Below are positions 40,331-49,829 of a stretch of DNA of 64,000 nucleotides, piece by piece (positions within the stretch are counted from its first letter, which is position 1; each line of letters starts with the position of its first letter). Under the pieces are notes generated by a model, which had not been told where the DNA came from, did no database searches, and saw nothing but the letters and a program-made list of their open reading frames with translations. The translations under genes were made by a program, and so were the position numbers. The stretch comes from Candidatus Doudnabacteria bacterium. GTDB lineage: Bacteria > Patescibacteriota > Doudnabacteria > UBA920 > 2-01-FULL-46-14. The DNA lies in assembly GCA_041497195.1 (NCBI GenBank), contig JBGQGB010000002.1:172140-236139 (forward strand), in the 5' to 3' direction.

Positions 40331-41863
40331 CTAGCCTGAATAGCCGGTAAAAAAATCAGTTTTGATATTATGACTGGCGACTCCCATTTTTTGCAGCATC
40401 TTCTTGTAAGACACGACCATCGGGTCTGGCCCGGAAACATAAAACAGACAGTCTTGCCAATTCGGGACCTCGCTCTTAATCATGTCACTATCGATACGCC
40501 CGGTTTTGCCTTTCCAAGCGCTGCCGGCACTTTGAGAGTCGGTTGTTGTGCGCACGATTTTTAGACCGATTTTTTCGGAAGCTTCTTGAAACAAATCGCC
40601 AAACACAAATTCTTCCGGTGAGCGGCTCGCATACAGAAGGGTAATGGAAACTTTCTGGCCCCTGTCGAGAATATCCCGAATAATGCTGCGAAACGGCGTG
40701 ACTCCGATTCCGCCAGCGATAAAGACTAAATGCCGGCTAGTTTTGTTTCTTACGACAAACTCACCCTCTTTATTGCTGGCTATAATTTTCTGGCCAGGCT
40801 TCAAATCTTTCAAGGCTTTTTTGAAACTACTTGAGACCTCGACAAATTTCGTAACCAGTAAAATACCTTTCTCACTCGGAGCAGATGCAATCGTAAAATA
40901 GCGCCTGATGCCTCGGCTGTCCGGATGTGAGTGGGGGAGCGTCCATTCCAAAAACTGCCCGGCTGTAAAAACAAAAGGCCGCTCCGGCTCAAACCAAAAG
41001 GCGACGGTGTCCTTTGACAACGACATTGTTTCACGCAAACGCAAAACCAGACGAATGTCGCGTGAAAAAATACGTGACCCAACATTACCGACAAGCAAAG
41101 CCAGTTCGAGACTATAGGGGACCTGCGTATACCTTTGCACTGCTATCAAAACCAGAGCAACAAAGACTCCGAAATAAATCCTAGGCAATCTATTCTGCGG
41201 GCCCGTGAGAGGCTCTATCAGCATGACAAAGGTAAAAAACAAAAGTGGAGAATATAAAACTAAGCTCTTCAGGAGCGGCCAAAACGTACCGATCCCAGCG
41301 GGGGAAAATGCTGACCCGACGAATAGAGCCGCGAAATATGTAAGAAGAAAACTGAGTGCCAAATGCCAGCGTCGGATCTTTCCCACAACTAGCACACCAC
41401 CGAGAATAATAAAAGGGACTAGAAATTGGTTCCCGACCCACCAACTAGCGCCTGTTTTTAGCAGAAGTGCTGAAACCACGACGGCAAAAGCAGTAGGATT
41501 TAAAATATGCCTTTTATTTATGACCAGAAGATATTTGGAAGCCATGGCCACTACAGCGATGGCAGCCAAAACCCAAACGCTGGCGAAGGGAGCCAACGGA
41601 CCAACTATCAAAGCCAAAATCAATCCGGTGATAAGTGCTGATTCAGGATTCGGCGTGGTCCGAAAAACGTAGGCGAACAGCTTGTTACTAGCATAACTCA
41701 CCAAAACCAAAAAGCCTCCGGATAACAAAATGTCCGTAGCCTTGAAAGCCAGGACTCCCGCAAAGCTGAGAAGAGAAGCAATTGCTACTAAACCAATCAA
41801 GTAGTACAGCATTAACCTGTACATGGTCACTCGATTGAGAATGTCCTGGAAAAACTTACTCAA
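40331..41863 (-). CDS. fused membrane oxidoreductase: N-terminal ~330-aa polytopic domain (possibly NqrB/RnfD-like) + C-terminal FNR-like FAD/NAD(P)H-binding module
   Basis: The C-terminus has the RRYFTIAS (RxYS/T) FAD motif and the GGIGVTPF NAD(P) motif. The N-terminus has about 8 TM helices, with HILNPTAF and KTGASWW motifs. Only two His lie in the membrane part, which argues against a bis-heme FRD domain. Confidence 0.55.
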   Translation of the reverse strand: MSKFFQDILNRVTMYRLMLYYLIGLVAIASLLSFAGVLAFKATDILLSGGFLVLVSYASNKLFAYVFRTTPNPESALITGLILALIVGPLAPFASVWVLAAIAVVAMASKYLLVINKRHILNPTAFAVVVSALLLKTGASWWVGNQFLVPFIILGGVLVVGKIRRWHLALSFLLTYFAALFVGSAFSPAGIGTFWPLLKSLVLYSPLLFFTFVMLIEPLTGPQNRLPRIYFGVFVALVLIAVQRYTQVPYSLELALLVGNVGSRIFSRDIRLVLRLRETMSLSKDTVAFWFEPERPFVFTAGQFLEWTLPHSHPDSRGIRRYFTIASAPSEKGILLVTKFVEVSSSFKKALKDLKPGQKIIASNKEGEFVVRNKTSRHLVFIAGGIGVTPFRSIIRDILDRGQKVSITLLYASRSPEEFVFGDLFQEASEKIGLKIVRTTTDSQSAGSAWKGKTGRIDSDMIKSEVPNWQDCLFYVSGPDPMVVSYKKMLQKMGVASHNIKTDFFTGYSG

Positions 41864-42272
41864 CGATTATGGCGCCGCCCTTACTGGCATTGAGGTGATT
41901 GTGATACCCCCAATGGCCAGTTTTTGTAAAAGTGAACGAATAGGATTGCCCTGGCAGCGTACCTGCCAGAGCGTCGAAGCCCGGGTAGTCAGTATGGATC
42001 GGGTGTGGATTGGAAGCAGTCCACATCGGGTCCGAGCTTTGGTTCACAAAAGTCACTGTCTCGCCGGCTTTGATAGTGAGTGTTGCAGGAGAGTAACCTG
42101 AGTCCGTATAAATTACAGTGTTGCCGGAATTTGCCGGCTCGTTTCCACCACTCGACTGGGTGCCTCCCGGTCTTTGCGGTGTAATGGAGGGGACGGGAGC
42201 AGTGTGCTTAAAAAAATACCACCCTCCCAGGATGACAACGATGACCACAATTGCTATGATGAGTGTTTTCAT
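41856..42272 (-). CDS. membrane-anchored cupredoxin-fold protein lacking Cys ligand, His-rich
   Basis: N-terminal TM. TLTIKAGETVTFVNQS...HPIHTDY...SYSFTFTKTGHWGYHNHLN follows the cupredoxin (Cupredoxin_1-like) pattern, but there is no Cys. It overlaps the oxidoreductase start. Confidence 0.45.
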   Translation of the reverse strand: MKTLIIAIVVIVVILGGWYFFKHTAPVPSITPQRPGGTQSSGGNEPANSGNTVIYTDSGYSPATLTIKAGETVTFVNQSSDPMWTASNPHPIHTDYPGFDALAGTLPGQSYSFTFTKTGHWGYHNHLNASKGGAIIVE

Positions 42273-42337
42273 TCTTATTCCGATGAATTGTTAAACTTTC
42301 TGTGTTTCTCCCTCTTTACTTTCCCTCTTCAATCAGA

Positions 42338-43036
42338 TTATAAACGATTTTTTATTATAGTCCAAATCCCAACGATCTCATCGACCCAGCCGATTTTTTT
42401 TCCCTCCGCAAATTTCCGCGGATAATAACTGATAGGGACCTCGCGAATAGCAAAACCCTTTTTCAGCAATTTGACTGTCAATTCTGCTTCAAATTCGAAA
42501 CCATTACTTTGCAAATTCAGTGGCTTCAGTGCCGCAAGGGGCACGAGTTTGTAACAAGTATACACGTCAGTGAGTTGCCCACCGTAAAGCAGATTCACTA
42601 ACATAGTAATAATTTTGACCCCTAAAACATAAAGCGGATAACCGCGCCGTTTTGGGTTGAGGTTTCTCGAACCATAGACCACCTGTACCCTCGGCGGCTC
42701 CAGTTTCTCAAGTAAAAGCGGGATTTCAGCCGGGTCATACTCCAAATCAGCGTCTTGAATAATCACATAATCGCCCGTGGCGCTCGAGAGCGCAGTCCGG
42801 ACAGCCTGACCTTTGCCTTGATTGGTTTTGTGAGTCAAAAAAATCATCCCGCTTTGCGGATGTGATTTTGTCCATTCCAATATTTTTTTTGCGGTCAGAT
42901 CACGCGAAGCGTCATCAACGACTAGTATTTCCGGAGTCCATCCCGGAATGCTCAATTTGCCGAGCTTGGTCAAAATCGCGGCAATCGTTTGTTCTTCGTC
43001 AAAAACCGGTACAATAATTGAGAGTTTCATTATCAA
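42338..43036 (-). CDS. family-2 glycosyltransferase (dolichol-phosphate mannosyltransferase-like)
   Basis: LSIIVPVFDEE, VVDDASRD and IIQDADLEYDP match the GT2 family. Confidence 0.8.
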   Translation of the reverse strand: MIMKLSIIVPVFDEEQTIAAILTKLGKLSIPGWTPEILVVDDASRDLTAKKILEWTKSHPQSGMIFLTHKTNQGKGQAVRTALSSATGDYVIIQDADLEYDPAEIPLLLEKLEPPRVQVVYGSRNLNPKRRGYPLYVLGVKIITMLVNLLYGGQLTDVYTCYKLVPLAALKPLNLQSNGFEFEAELTVKLLKKGFAIREVPISYYPRKFAEGKKIGWVDEIVGIWTIIKNRL

Positions 43037-43086
43037 CCGAAAAACTCTAAACGAATCAGTTTTTTCAGACTATCCGCTGCATGGCT

Positions 43087-43160
43087 TTGGCTCCGGGACT
43101 TGGATTCGAACCAAGATTACCAGATTCAGAGTCTGGCGTCCTACCATTAGACGATCCCGG
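43087..43160 (-). tRNA. tRNA-Gln (anticodon CUG)
   Basis: Manually folded, 74 nt. The acceptor stem is UCCGGGA/UCCCGGA, with U1:A72 and G73. The D-arm has G10. The anticodon loop is CU-CUG-AA. The T-arm is CTTGG-TTCGAAT-CCAAG. CCA is encoded. Confidence 0.8.
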
Positions 43161-43438
43161 AATGCTTTGAAATTATAACGGAAAGTCGCCTGATTTGACA
43201 AAGCGCTGACCTGCCGATACCTTATAAGTAAGAGACATTAAAAATTAATGAAACAAAAATGTTCTTTGCACTCGCACTGGTCCTTTTCGGGGTTGCATGG
43301 ATGCTGCGGAGCCTCGGTGTCTATAACGACCAAGTTTTTGGCCTAGTAGGCTCGTTTTTGCTCATCTTTGCAGGAGTGCTCAAACTCTTGCAGTTGAATA
43401 GCAAACACTCTTCCAAAGACGAACACGGCTTTTAGCTC

Positions 43439-44389
43439 TTAGCCCAAAATTTTAGCTTCCAGATTGCGGTGTCCGTTCAAAAATTCTTCAGAAGGCAGCC
43501 GCCTGGCACCTTGCGCCTGCAAGGATTTGATTTGCAAAAAAGTCAGTTTAGTTCCAGAGTTCTGTCCGCAACTGACTATCAATCGCGGTCCTGCTTCCAC
43601 GATTTGGCCAGGCTGTTTAGGGTCCTGCGCCAGGCTGAGTGGAACCACCTCGTAAATTTTCAGAAGCTGGCCCTCGAGAGTCGTCCACGCAACCGGCCAG
43701 GTCTCGAAAGCCCTAATCATTCTATCGATTGCCTCAGCACTGTCCCGCCAATCAATGCGGACATTTTTTTTGCTGATTTTCTGTGTAAATGTTGCCTGTG
43801 CTTCTTCCTGCGGCACCGGCTTGATCTGTCCATCTAAATATTCGGGTAAAACTTTGACTAGAAGCTGAGCCCCGAGCTTGGCCAACTCGTCGTGAAGCTG
43901 CCGATAGCCGAATCGCTTACCTGTTAAATTCACAGCAGCTTTTGCCACGATAGCACCATGATCCAAAAGCTCGTCCATCCTTATAATAGTTACGCCGGTT
44001 TCAAAATCACCATTCAGGATGGCGGCTTGAATAGGGGAGGCTCCGCGATATTTGGGCAGAAGCGAGGGATGAACATTCAAAAACCCAAATCTTGGGATTT
44101 GCAAATATTTTTTTGGGATGATCTCACCGTACGAAGCGAGTACAAAGAGTTCGCAGCCGGCCAGTTTTTCGAGCAAATCATCGTCGTCCAAAAGCGATTC
44201 TGGTTGAAACACCGGGACCTTTTTTTCAACAGCCCATTTTTTGACTGGAGAGGAAACCATTTTTTTTGACCGACCAGCTGGTCTATCCGGTTGAGTGACG
44301 ACCGCTCCGATCTCATAGCTGGCAGCTTCGAGCAACTTTTGCAGAATGGGAACTGCAAAATCCGAAGTGCCAAAAAACGCGAGTTTCAT
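43439..44389 (-). CDS. fmt: methionyl-tRNA formyltransferase
   Basis: MKLAFFGTSDFAVPIL...SLLPKYRGASPIQ. Confidence 0.9.
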   Translation of the reverse strand: MKLAFFGTSDFAVPILQKLLEAASYEIGAVVTQPDRPAGRSKKMVSSPVKKWAVEKKVPVFQPESLLDDDDLLEKLAGCELFVLASYGEIIPKKYLQIPRFGFLNVHPSLLPKYRGASPIQAAILNGDFETGVTIIRMDELLDHGAIVAKAAVNLTGKRFGYRQLHDELAKLGAQLLVKVLPEYLDGQIKPVPQEEAQATFTQKISKKNVRIDWRDSAEAIDRMIRAFETWPVAWTTLEGQLLKIYEVVPLSLAQDPKQPGQIVEAGPRLIVSCGQNSGTKLTFLQIKSLQAQGARRLPSEEFLNGHRNLEAKILG

Positions 44390-44859
44390 GGTCGTATTTT
44401 TTTAAATTTATCAATTATCAAAACTCCGTGGAGGTGGTCAATCTCGTGCTGTAAAACTTTTGCCAAAAGCCCTTGGGCGCGCAGCACTATCCGTTTACCT
44501 TGCTCGTTGAACGCTTCCACTTCGACCCGAGCCGGCCTTTTGACTTGCCCAAACAAATTGGGGATGGATAAACATCCTTCTTGCATGTCTGTCTTTTTGA
44601 TCGACCTTGAAAGGACTTTGGGATTAAAAAGGGGGAACACTGGCGTGCCAAACTCTTCCAAATTGATAACTGCCAAATTTAAATTCTTACCGATTTGCGG
44701 GGCTGCCAGCCCTATCCCCGGCGCTTTGCGCACATTCAACTTCATGTCCTCGACTAGTTTTTTGATTTCGGCCGACAAAGGAAATGTTATATCGGAGTTC
44801 GAACCGCGCAATATTTTTTCGTCTCCGGGCAAGATGTGCAGTCTCAAAAGTTTCGCCAT
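44386..44859 (-). CDS. def: peptide deformylase
   Basis: GIGLAAPQIG, EGCLSIP and QHEIDHLHG motifs. Confidence 0.9.
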   Translation of the reverse strand: MAKLLRLHILPGDEKILRGSNSDITFPLSAEIKKLVEDMKLNVRKAPGIGLAAPQIGKNLNLAVINLEEFGTPVFPLFNPKVLSRSIKKTDMQEGCLSIPNLFGQVKRPARVEVEAFNEQGKRIVLRAQGLLAKVLQHEIDHLHGVLIIDKFKKIRP

Positions 44860-44895
44860 TTTTCTATTTTAGCATTCAATCAGCAAATCAGAAAA

Positions 44896-46908
44896 TCAAA
44901 GCAACTCCTCAGGATCCACGTCAATATCAACAGCTCCGGGTAAGTTTCGCAAAAATTGATAAAGGTCAGAACTCGGCTCATTTGTAACTCTCAAAATAAT
45001 CCGAAATTGATATTGGCCACGAAGCTTCGCGATAAAAGCCGGTAAGGGTCCCAAAATCTCAACTGACGTGCTGGCCTGGAGTGACAATCGTTTATGGAGG
45101 TCGTCAGCCTCTTTTGCGGCTTTGTCTGCTTGTTTATTTTTTACGGTCAATTTGACGAGACGGACAAACGGCGGGTAAAGGAACCTTTCGCGTTCTCTTA
45201 TTTCCGCTTTGTAGAACTTCTCGTAATCGTGAGTTTTGGCCGCCTCGATCGCGTAGTTTTCCGGGTGATACGTTTGCAAGATGACCAATCCTGACTGACC
45301 ACCACGACCAGTCCTGCCGGCTACTTGAGTCAACACTTGAAACGTGCGCTCGTTCGAACGAAAATCAGGCAAAGACAAAATCGTGTCAGCCGAAACGACC
45401 CCCACCAGTCCCACCCGGCCAATATCCCAGCCTTTGGTGATCATCTGTGTGCCGATCAAGATTTGAATCTTTCCCGCCGCCCACTCATGATATATATTCG
45501 AGCCTGCCCCGACCCCGGCTGTAACGTCACTGTCCATCCTCGCGATAATAGGACGTGTTTTTCCGCCGAAATCGCTCATCAAAAATTTTTTCAATTCAGT
45601 CTCAACACGTTGAGTACCCAACCCAAAAATTCCTATGCGATGGCTGCCGCAGGAAGGGCATGCGTCGGGCAGGGGATAGCTTCGGCCGCAGTGATGACAG
45701 ATGAGTTTCGCAGCAGTCTCGTGCCACACCAAATTTACTGAACAATACTGGCAAAGGGGGATATAGCCACAGTCTCGGCACATCACGAGATTGGCTGTGC
45801 CGCGTCGGTTGAGGAAAAGAATTATCTGTCGGCCGGCTTTGAGATTATCCAGAATCTGGAGCTTCAAAAATTCGCTGAAAATCGAATAATTTTCCCCCCG
45901 TCTTTCCTCTCGCATATCCACAACATGAACCTTGGGCATGCCCAAATCAGCCTTTATCCGGTGGGGTAAAACCAGAAGTTTGATCTTTCCCTCCACTGCC
46001 CTTTGATACGTTTCCACAGAGGGGGTAGCGTCTCCTAGGACCAAGGGGCAGTGCCAAAGTTCGGAGAGGCGCTCCGCAACGGTCCTGGCGTGATATTTCG
46101 GATTTTGATCATACTGTTTAAACGACTGATCGTGCTCCTCGTCGAGAACAATAAGTCCCAAGGACCGCACCGGCGCAAACATGGCCGATCTGGGGCCGAT
46201 GATTATTTTTTTTTCGCCAGAGCGGATCTTCTGCCATGTCCAGAATCTTTCCGCCTGGCCCAGTTTGCTGTGAAGGAGCGCGATGGAATCAATGCCAAAC
46301 CGCCTGGCAAAACGCTCCACCGCGGGATCGGTCAAAGAAATCTCCGGCACCAGCATCAACACTTGACTCCCGCCCTCCAGAACGCGCTCGAACAACTGCA
46401 TATAGACTTCTGTTTTTCCCGACCCCGTGACTCCATGCAATAAAAAAACTCCTGTTTGTCCCAAAGAAGCCGAGATTTGGGCGACTGCCTGATGCTGGGC
46501 TTCCGTCAAAACAAAATCGGGATTGTATTTTTCATAACCGACTAGCCCGGATGACCTGACTTTTTTGCTTCTTGCCGGCAACATAGCTTTAACTGCCGAA
46601 CCCAAAGACGTGACATAATATTGAGCCAGCCAATTTGCCAGATTCAGATTCTGTTCGCTAAGTACCGGCGTCGCGTCTGCCAGCTCCGTTAAAATTTTGT
46701 ACCCTTTTGTCTCTGTTTCCAGGCGGTGGATTTCAAAAGAACATACGACACCAAAAATCTGGCGTGGACCAAAAGGGACTTTCACCAATTGGCCAGGCCG
46801 CATTTGACCTTGAAATTTCAACGGTACCAGATAGGTGAAAATTTGGGCGGATTTGAGAGCGACCCGCGTTAAGGGAATGACATTGACCGCTCGTTTAAAT
46901 TCCGGCAT
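44896..46908 (-). CDS. priA: primosomal protein N' (PriA helicase)
   Basis: Walker A GVTGSGKTEVY, a DEEH box, and two Cys4 zinc fingers (CRDCGY...CQYC / CHHCG...CPSCG). Confidence 0.9.
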   Translation of the reverse strand: MPEFKRAVNVIPLTRVALKSAQIFTYLVPLKFQGQMRPGQLVKVPFGPRQIFGVVCSFEIHRLETETKGYKILTELADATPVLSEQNLNLANWLAQYYVTSLGSAVKAMLPARSKKVRSSGLVGYEKYNPDFVLTEAQHQAVAQISASLGQTGVFLLHGVTGSGKTEVYMQLFERVLEGGSQVLMLVPEISLTDPAVERFARRFGIDSIALLHSKLGQAERFWTWQKIRSGEKKIIIGPRSAMFAPVRSLGLIVLDEEHDQSFKQYDQNPKYHARTVAERLSELWHCPLVLGDATPSVETYQRAVEGKIKLLVLPHRIKADLGMPKVHVVDMREERRGENYSIFSEFLKLQILDNLKAGRQIILFLNRRGTANLVMCRDCGYIPLCQYCSVNLVWHETAAKLICHHCGRSYPLPDACPSCGSHRIGIFGLGTQRVETELKKFLMSDFGGKTRPIIARMDSDVTAGVGAGSNIYHEWAAGKIQILIGTQMITKGWDIGRVGLVGVVSADTILSLPDFRSNERTFQVLTQVAGRTGRGGQSGLVILQTYHPENYAIEAAKTHDYEKFYKAEIRERERFLYPPFVRLVKLTVKNKQADKAAKEADDLHKRLSLQASTSVEILGPLPAFIAKLRGQYQFRIILRVTNEPSSDLYQFLRNLPGAVDIDVDPEELL

Positions 46909-47029
46909 TAAGCTATAATTTAAGCAGATGAACAGAATTAGTATAACATGATTCGCCTTGGTTTATTTGGAATTTTTTCTCAACCGTTTTACAAATGACA
47001 AATATTTTTAGAATTGGGAGCGAAGCAGT

Positions 47030-47584
47030 ATGCGCGATACAGACAAGCGACTTTTTGTAAGCATTGACTTACCGCAGTTTATCAAGGACCACCTCAAGAG
47101 ATCCAGCCAGCCGGGCGTCTACTGGATCAAATGGATGAATCCTGGCAACCTGCATATTACCTTAAGTTTTCTGGGAGATCTCAAGCCCGGCCAAATAGAA
47201 ACAGCCAAACGCGTTTTGGCGGAAGTCGTCCCCCGGTTTGCGCCTTTTTCAATAAAGCTCGATAAAGTAGTGGGGGAGCGGGACATGCTCTGGCTGGAAC
47301 CGGATAACCCCGAGAAGTTGATCGAGCTGCAAACGGAGCTAAAAAATAGTTTGAAACAAGAAAGGCTGGGCAAAAGAGAGAAATGGAGCTACACGCCTCA
47401 CGTCCTTTGGGCAAAGTCGAAAACTGGGCGGCGCATGACCTGGCAGCCGCAAAATTTTGTCGGCCAAGAATTCACGGCCGAAAAAGTAAATCTGTATGAG
47501 AGTCAGCTCACTCCGGGAGCGGCTACCCATACACTTCTGGCGAGTTGGCCTCTAAGCGAAACTGCTCCTCAACATGAAAATTGA
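47030..47584 (+). CDS. 2H-phosphoesterase family protein (LigT/ThpR-like RNA 2',3'-cyclic phosphodiesterase)
   Basis: A first HxT/S motif (HITLSFLG) is present. The second motif is degenerate (TPHVLWA). Confidence 0.45.
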   Translation: MRDTDKRLFVSIDLPQFIKDHLKRSSQPGVYWIKWMNPGNLHITLSFLGDLKPGQIETAKRVLAEVVPRFAPFSIKLDKVVGERDMLWLEPDNPEKLIELQTELKNSLKQERLGKREKWSYTPHVLWAKSKTGRRMTWQPQNFVGQEFTAEKVNLYESQLTPGAATHTLLASWPLSETAPQHEN

Positions 47585-48380
47585 CGTTTTAGGTATAAAA
47601 ATAGACGCTGCCAGACGCAACGAAATTTTATGGCAAATTTTGACACGTCTAGAAAACAACCAGCAAACATTTATCGTAACTCCCTATTCCGAATCAATAG
47701 TCGCTGCGCAGAAAGATTTGGCGTACAAAGAAATATTGAACGATGCGGATATTGCTCTGCCTGATGGGATTGGCATCCTCTGGGCAGCAAAGTGTTTATC
47801 TCTCCCAAACCCAAAAAAAAGTTTTTGGCGCGCATTGTGGCAGCTCAAATATTCACTGGCGGCAATAGTCTTTGCTCCAAAATTTATCCGGAGCCCAATC
47901 CCGGAAAAAATCTCTGGCTCAGAATTTGTCTGGGACTTGTGCAAGCTCGCAGAACAAAATCACAAAACTATATTTTTACTAGGCGGCTTTGGTGATACGG
48001 CAGTACGGGCTGCAGGCGCATTAAAAAAAAATCATCCGAGTTTAAACATCGCGGGCACGTATGAAGGCAACTCGGACGAGCCCGGAATCGTTGGAAAAGT
48101 TAACGAGACCAAGGCCGATATTCTTCTCGCAGCTTTTGGTCCTGTCAGGCAAGAAAAATGGCTGGCCGAAAACAGGCACAAACTCAATGCCAGTGTTCTG
48201 ATTGGCTTAGGAGGCACCTTTGACTATCTGGCCGGTAATAGGCCCCCAGCACCCAAATTTTGGGCTATAATGGGCTTGGAATGGCTATGGCGCCTCTTTA
48301 CCCAGCCCTGGCGAGCAGTGCGAATTAGCAAGGGCATATTCAGCCTCATATACTACGCTTTTTTGGCAAAACTCAAGTAA
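47574..48380 (+). CDS. WecB/TagA/CpsF-family glycosyltransferase (GT26)
   Basis: IDVLGIKIDA...DADIALPDGIGILWAAK...FLLGGFG matches the TagA family. Confidence 0.8.
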   Translation: MKIDVLGIKIDAARRNEILWQILTRLENNQQTFIVTPYSESIVAAQKDLAYKEILNDADIALPDGIGILWAAKCLSLPNPKKSFWRALWQLKYSLAAIVFAPKFIRSPIPEKISGSEFVWDLCKLAEQNHKTIFLLGGFGDTAVRAAGALKKNHPSLNIAGTYEGNSDEPGIVGKVNETKADILLAAFGPVRQEKWLAENRHKLNASVLIGLGGTFDYLAGNRPPAPKFWAIMGLEWLWRLFTQPWRAVRISKGIFSLIYYAFLAKLK

Positions 48381-48397
48381 AATATAATCGTTCATAT

Positions 48398-49813
48398 ATG
48401 ACACAAGTAAAAGTCAGATTTGCTCCGTCTCCCACGGGATTTTTGCATATCGGCGGCTTGCGGACTGCTCTGTTCAATTTTCTGTTTGCGCGCAAAAACC
48501 AGGGCAAGTTTATGTTGCGCATCGAAGACACGGATAAAGCCCGCGAGGTTGACGGTGCGGTCGAAAATATTGAAACCACGCTAAAAACTTTCGCTTTACG
48601 ATACGATGAAGGGCCGGTTTTTCAATCTCAGAGGCTTCAAATTTATCAAGAACACATCCAAATCTTGATCGACAAAGGCGCGGCTTACCGATGCTACTGC
48701 ACCAACGAACGCATCGCCGAACTCAAAAAACAAGCTGAGCTTCTCAAACAGCCGTTTCGTTATGACAAATATTGCCTCAAGAACCCTGGTCAGACTGGCA
48801 AAAGCTACGTGGTCAGGCAAAACATTCCCGAAGAAGGTATCACGGTCTTCACTGATGAAGTGTATGGGGAAATAAAAGTCGAAAATAGGCTTCTCGACGA
48901 CGGAGTGCTCATGAAAACCGATGGGTATCCGGTTTATAACTTTGCTAACGTGGTGGACGACCACCTCATGCGGATCACGCACGTGATACGGGGGGAGGAA
49001 TTTATTTCTTCGACTCCGAAGCACGTACTTTTGTACGAAGCGTTTGGTTGGAATCTGCCGCAGTTTGTTCACTTGCCCCTCTTGCTCGACAATAAACGGC
49101 AGAAACTCTCCAAACGATCCGGCGACGTGGCAGTGAATGAATATCTGGAAAAAGGCTACCTGCCGGAAGCAATCCTAAACTTCATCGCTTTCTTGGGCTG
49201 GAATCCAAAAAACGAACAAGAAATTTTTTCCCTTGAAGAATTGATCGAAGCTTTTGACCTGAAAAAAATCAACAAAGCCGGTGCCGTATTCGATGTCGAA
49301 AAACTCAACTGGTTCAACGCCCAATATATCCAAAAAATCCCAATCACCAAACTCGCTGAACTCGCTGGTCCTCATTTCGGTCGGGATGTTTCCAACTATC
49401 CGAAAATGTTCCTTCAACAAATCGTGCAAATTGAAAAAGAGAGATTGACAGTATTAACTGAGATAGGGGAGAGGACAATGTATTTTTTTGACAATCCCGA
49501 ATATGAAACGGCTTTGTTGCAATGGAAACAAATGACTGAAGAAGAACTTAAAAGGTCTGTTCAGATATCTCAAAAGCTTATAGAGCAAGTCCCGCTCGAT
49601 GCTCAGAAAGAACAAATCCAAGCAGCGTTTTTTGATTCGATCGGCGAAAAAGACAAAGGCAGCCTCCTGTGGCCTTTGCGCGTGGCCCTGACTGGGCTCA
49701 AAGCATCACCAGGGCCTTTTGAAATCATTGAAGCTTTCTTCAAACTTACCGACGGCAAGCAAATATTGCAAAAACGGCTCCAAACAGCGCTTGAAAAACT
49801 CGACCAAGTATGA
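48398..49813 (+). CDS. gltX: glutamyl-tRNA synthetase
   Basis: HIGG (FAPSPTGFLHIGGLRTALFN) and KLSKR (KMSKS-type) motifs. Confidence 0.9.
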   Translation: MTQVKVRFAPSPTGFLHIGGLRTALFNFLFARKNQGKFMLRIEDTDKAREVDGAVENIETTLKTFALRYDEGPVFQSQRLQIYQEHIQILIDKGAAYRCYCTNERIAELKKQAELLKQPFRYDKYCLKNPGQTGKSYVVRQNIPEEGITVFTDEVYGEIKVENRLLDDGVLMKTDGYPVYNFANVVDDHLMRITHVIRGEEFISSTPKHVLLYEAFGWNLPQFVHLPLLLDNKRQKLSKRSGDVAVNEYLEKGYLPEAILNFIAFLGWNPKNEQEIFSLEELIEAFDLKKINKAGAVFDVEKLNWFNAQYIQKIPITKLAELAGPHFGRDVSNYPKMFLQQIVQIEKERLTVLTEIGERTMYFFDNPEYETALLQWKQMTEEELKRSVQISQKLIEQVPLDAQKEQIQAAFFDSIGEKDKGSLLWPLRVALTGLKASPGPFEIIEAFFKLTDGKQILQKRLQTALEKLDQV

Positions 49814-49829
49814 TATAATCTCCGCACCG

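Noticed and set aside
43259-43438. 59-aa hydrophobic ORF between tRNA-Gln and fmt (MFFALALVLFGVAWMLRSLG...)
   Set aside because: It is on the plus strand while the flanking genes are on the minus strand. It has no SD. It could be a real small membrane protein, but it is unsupported.
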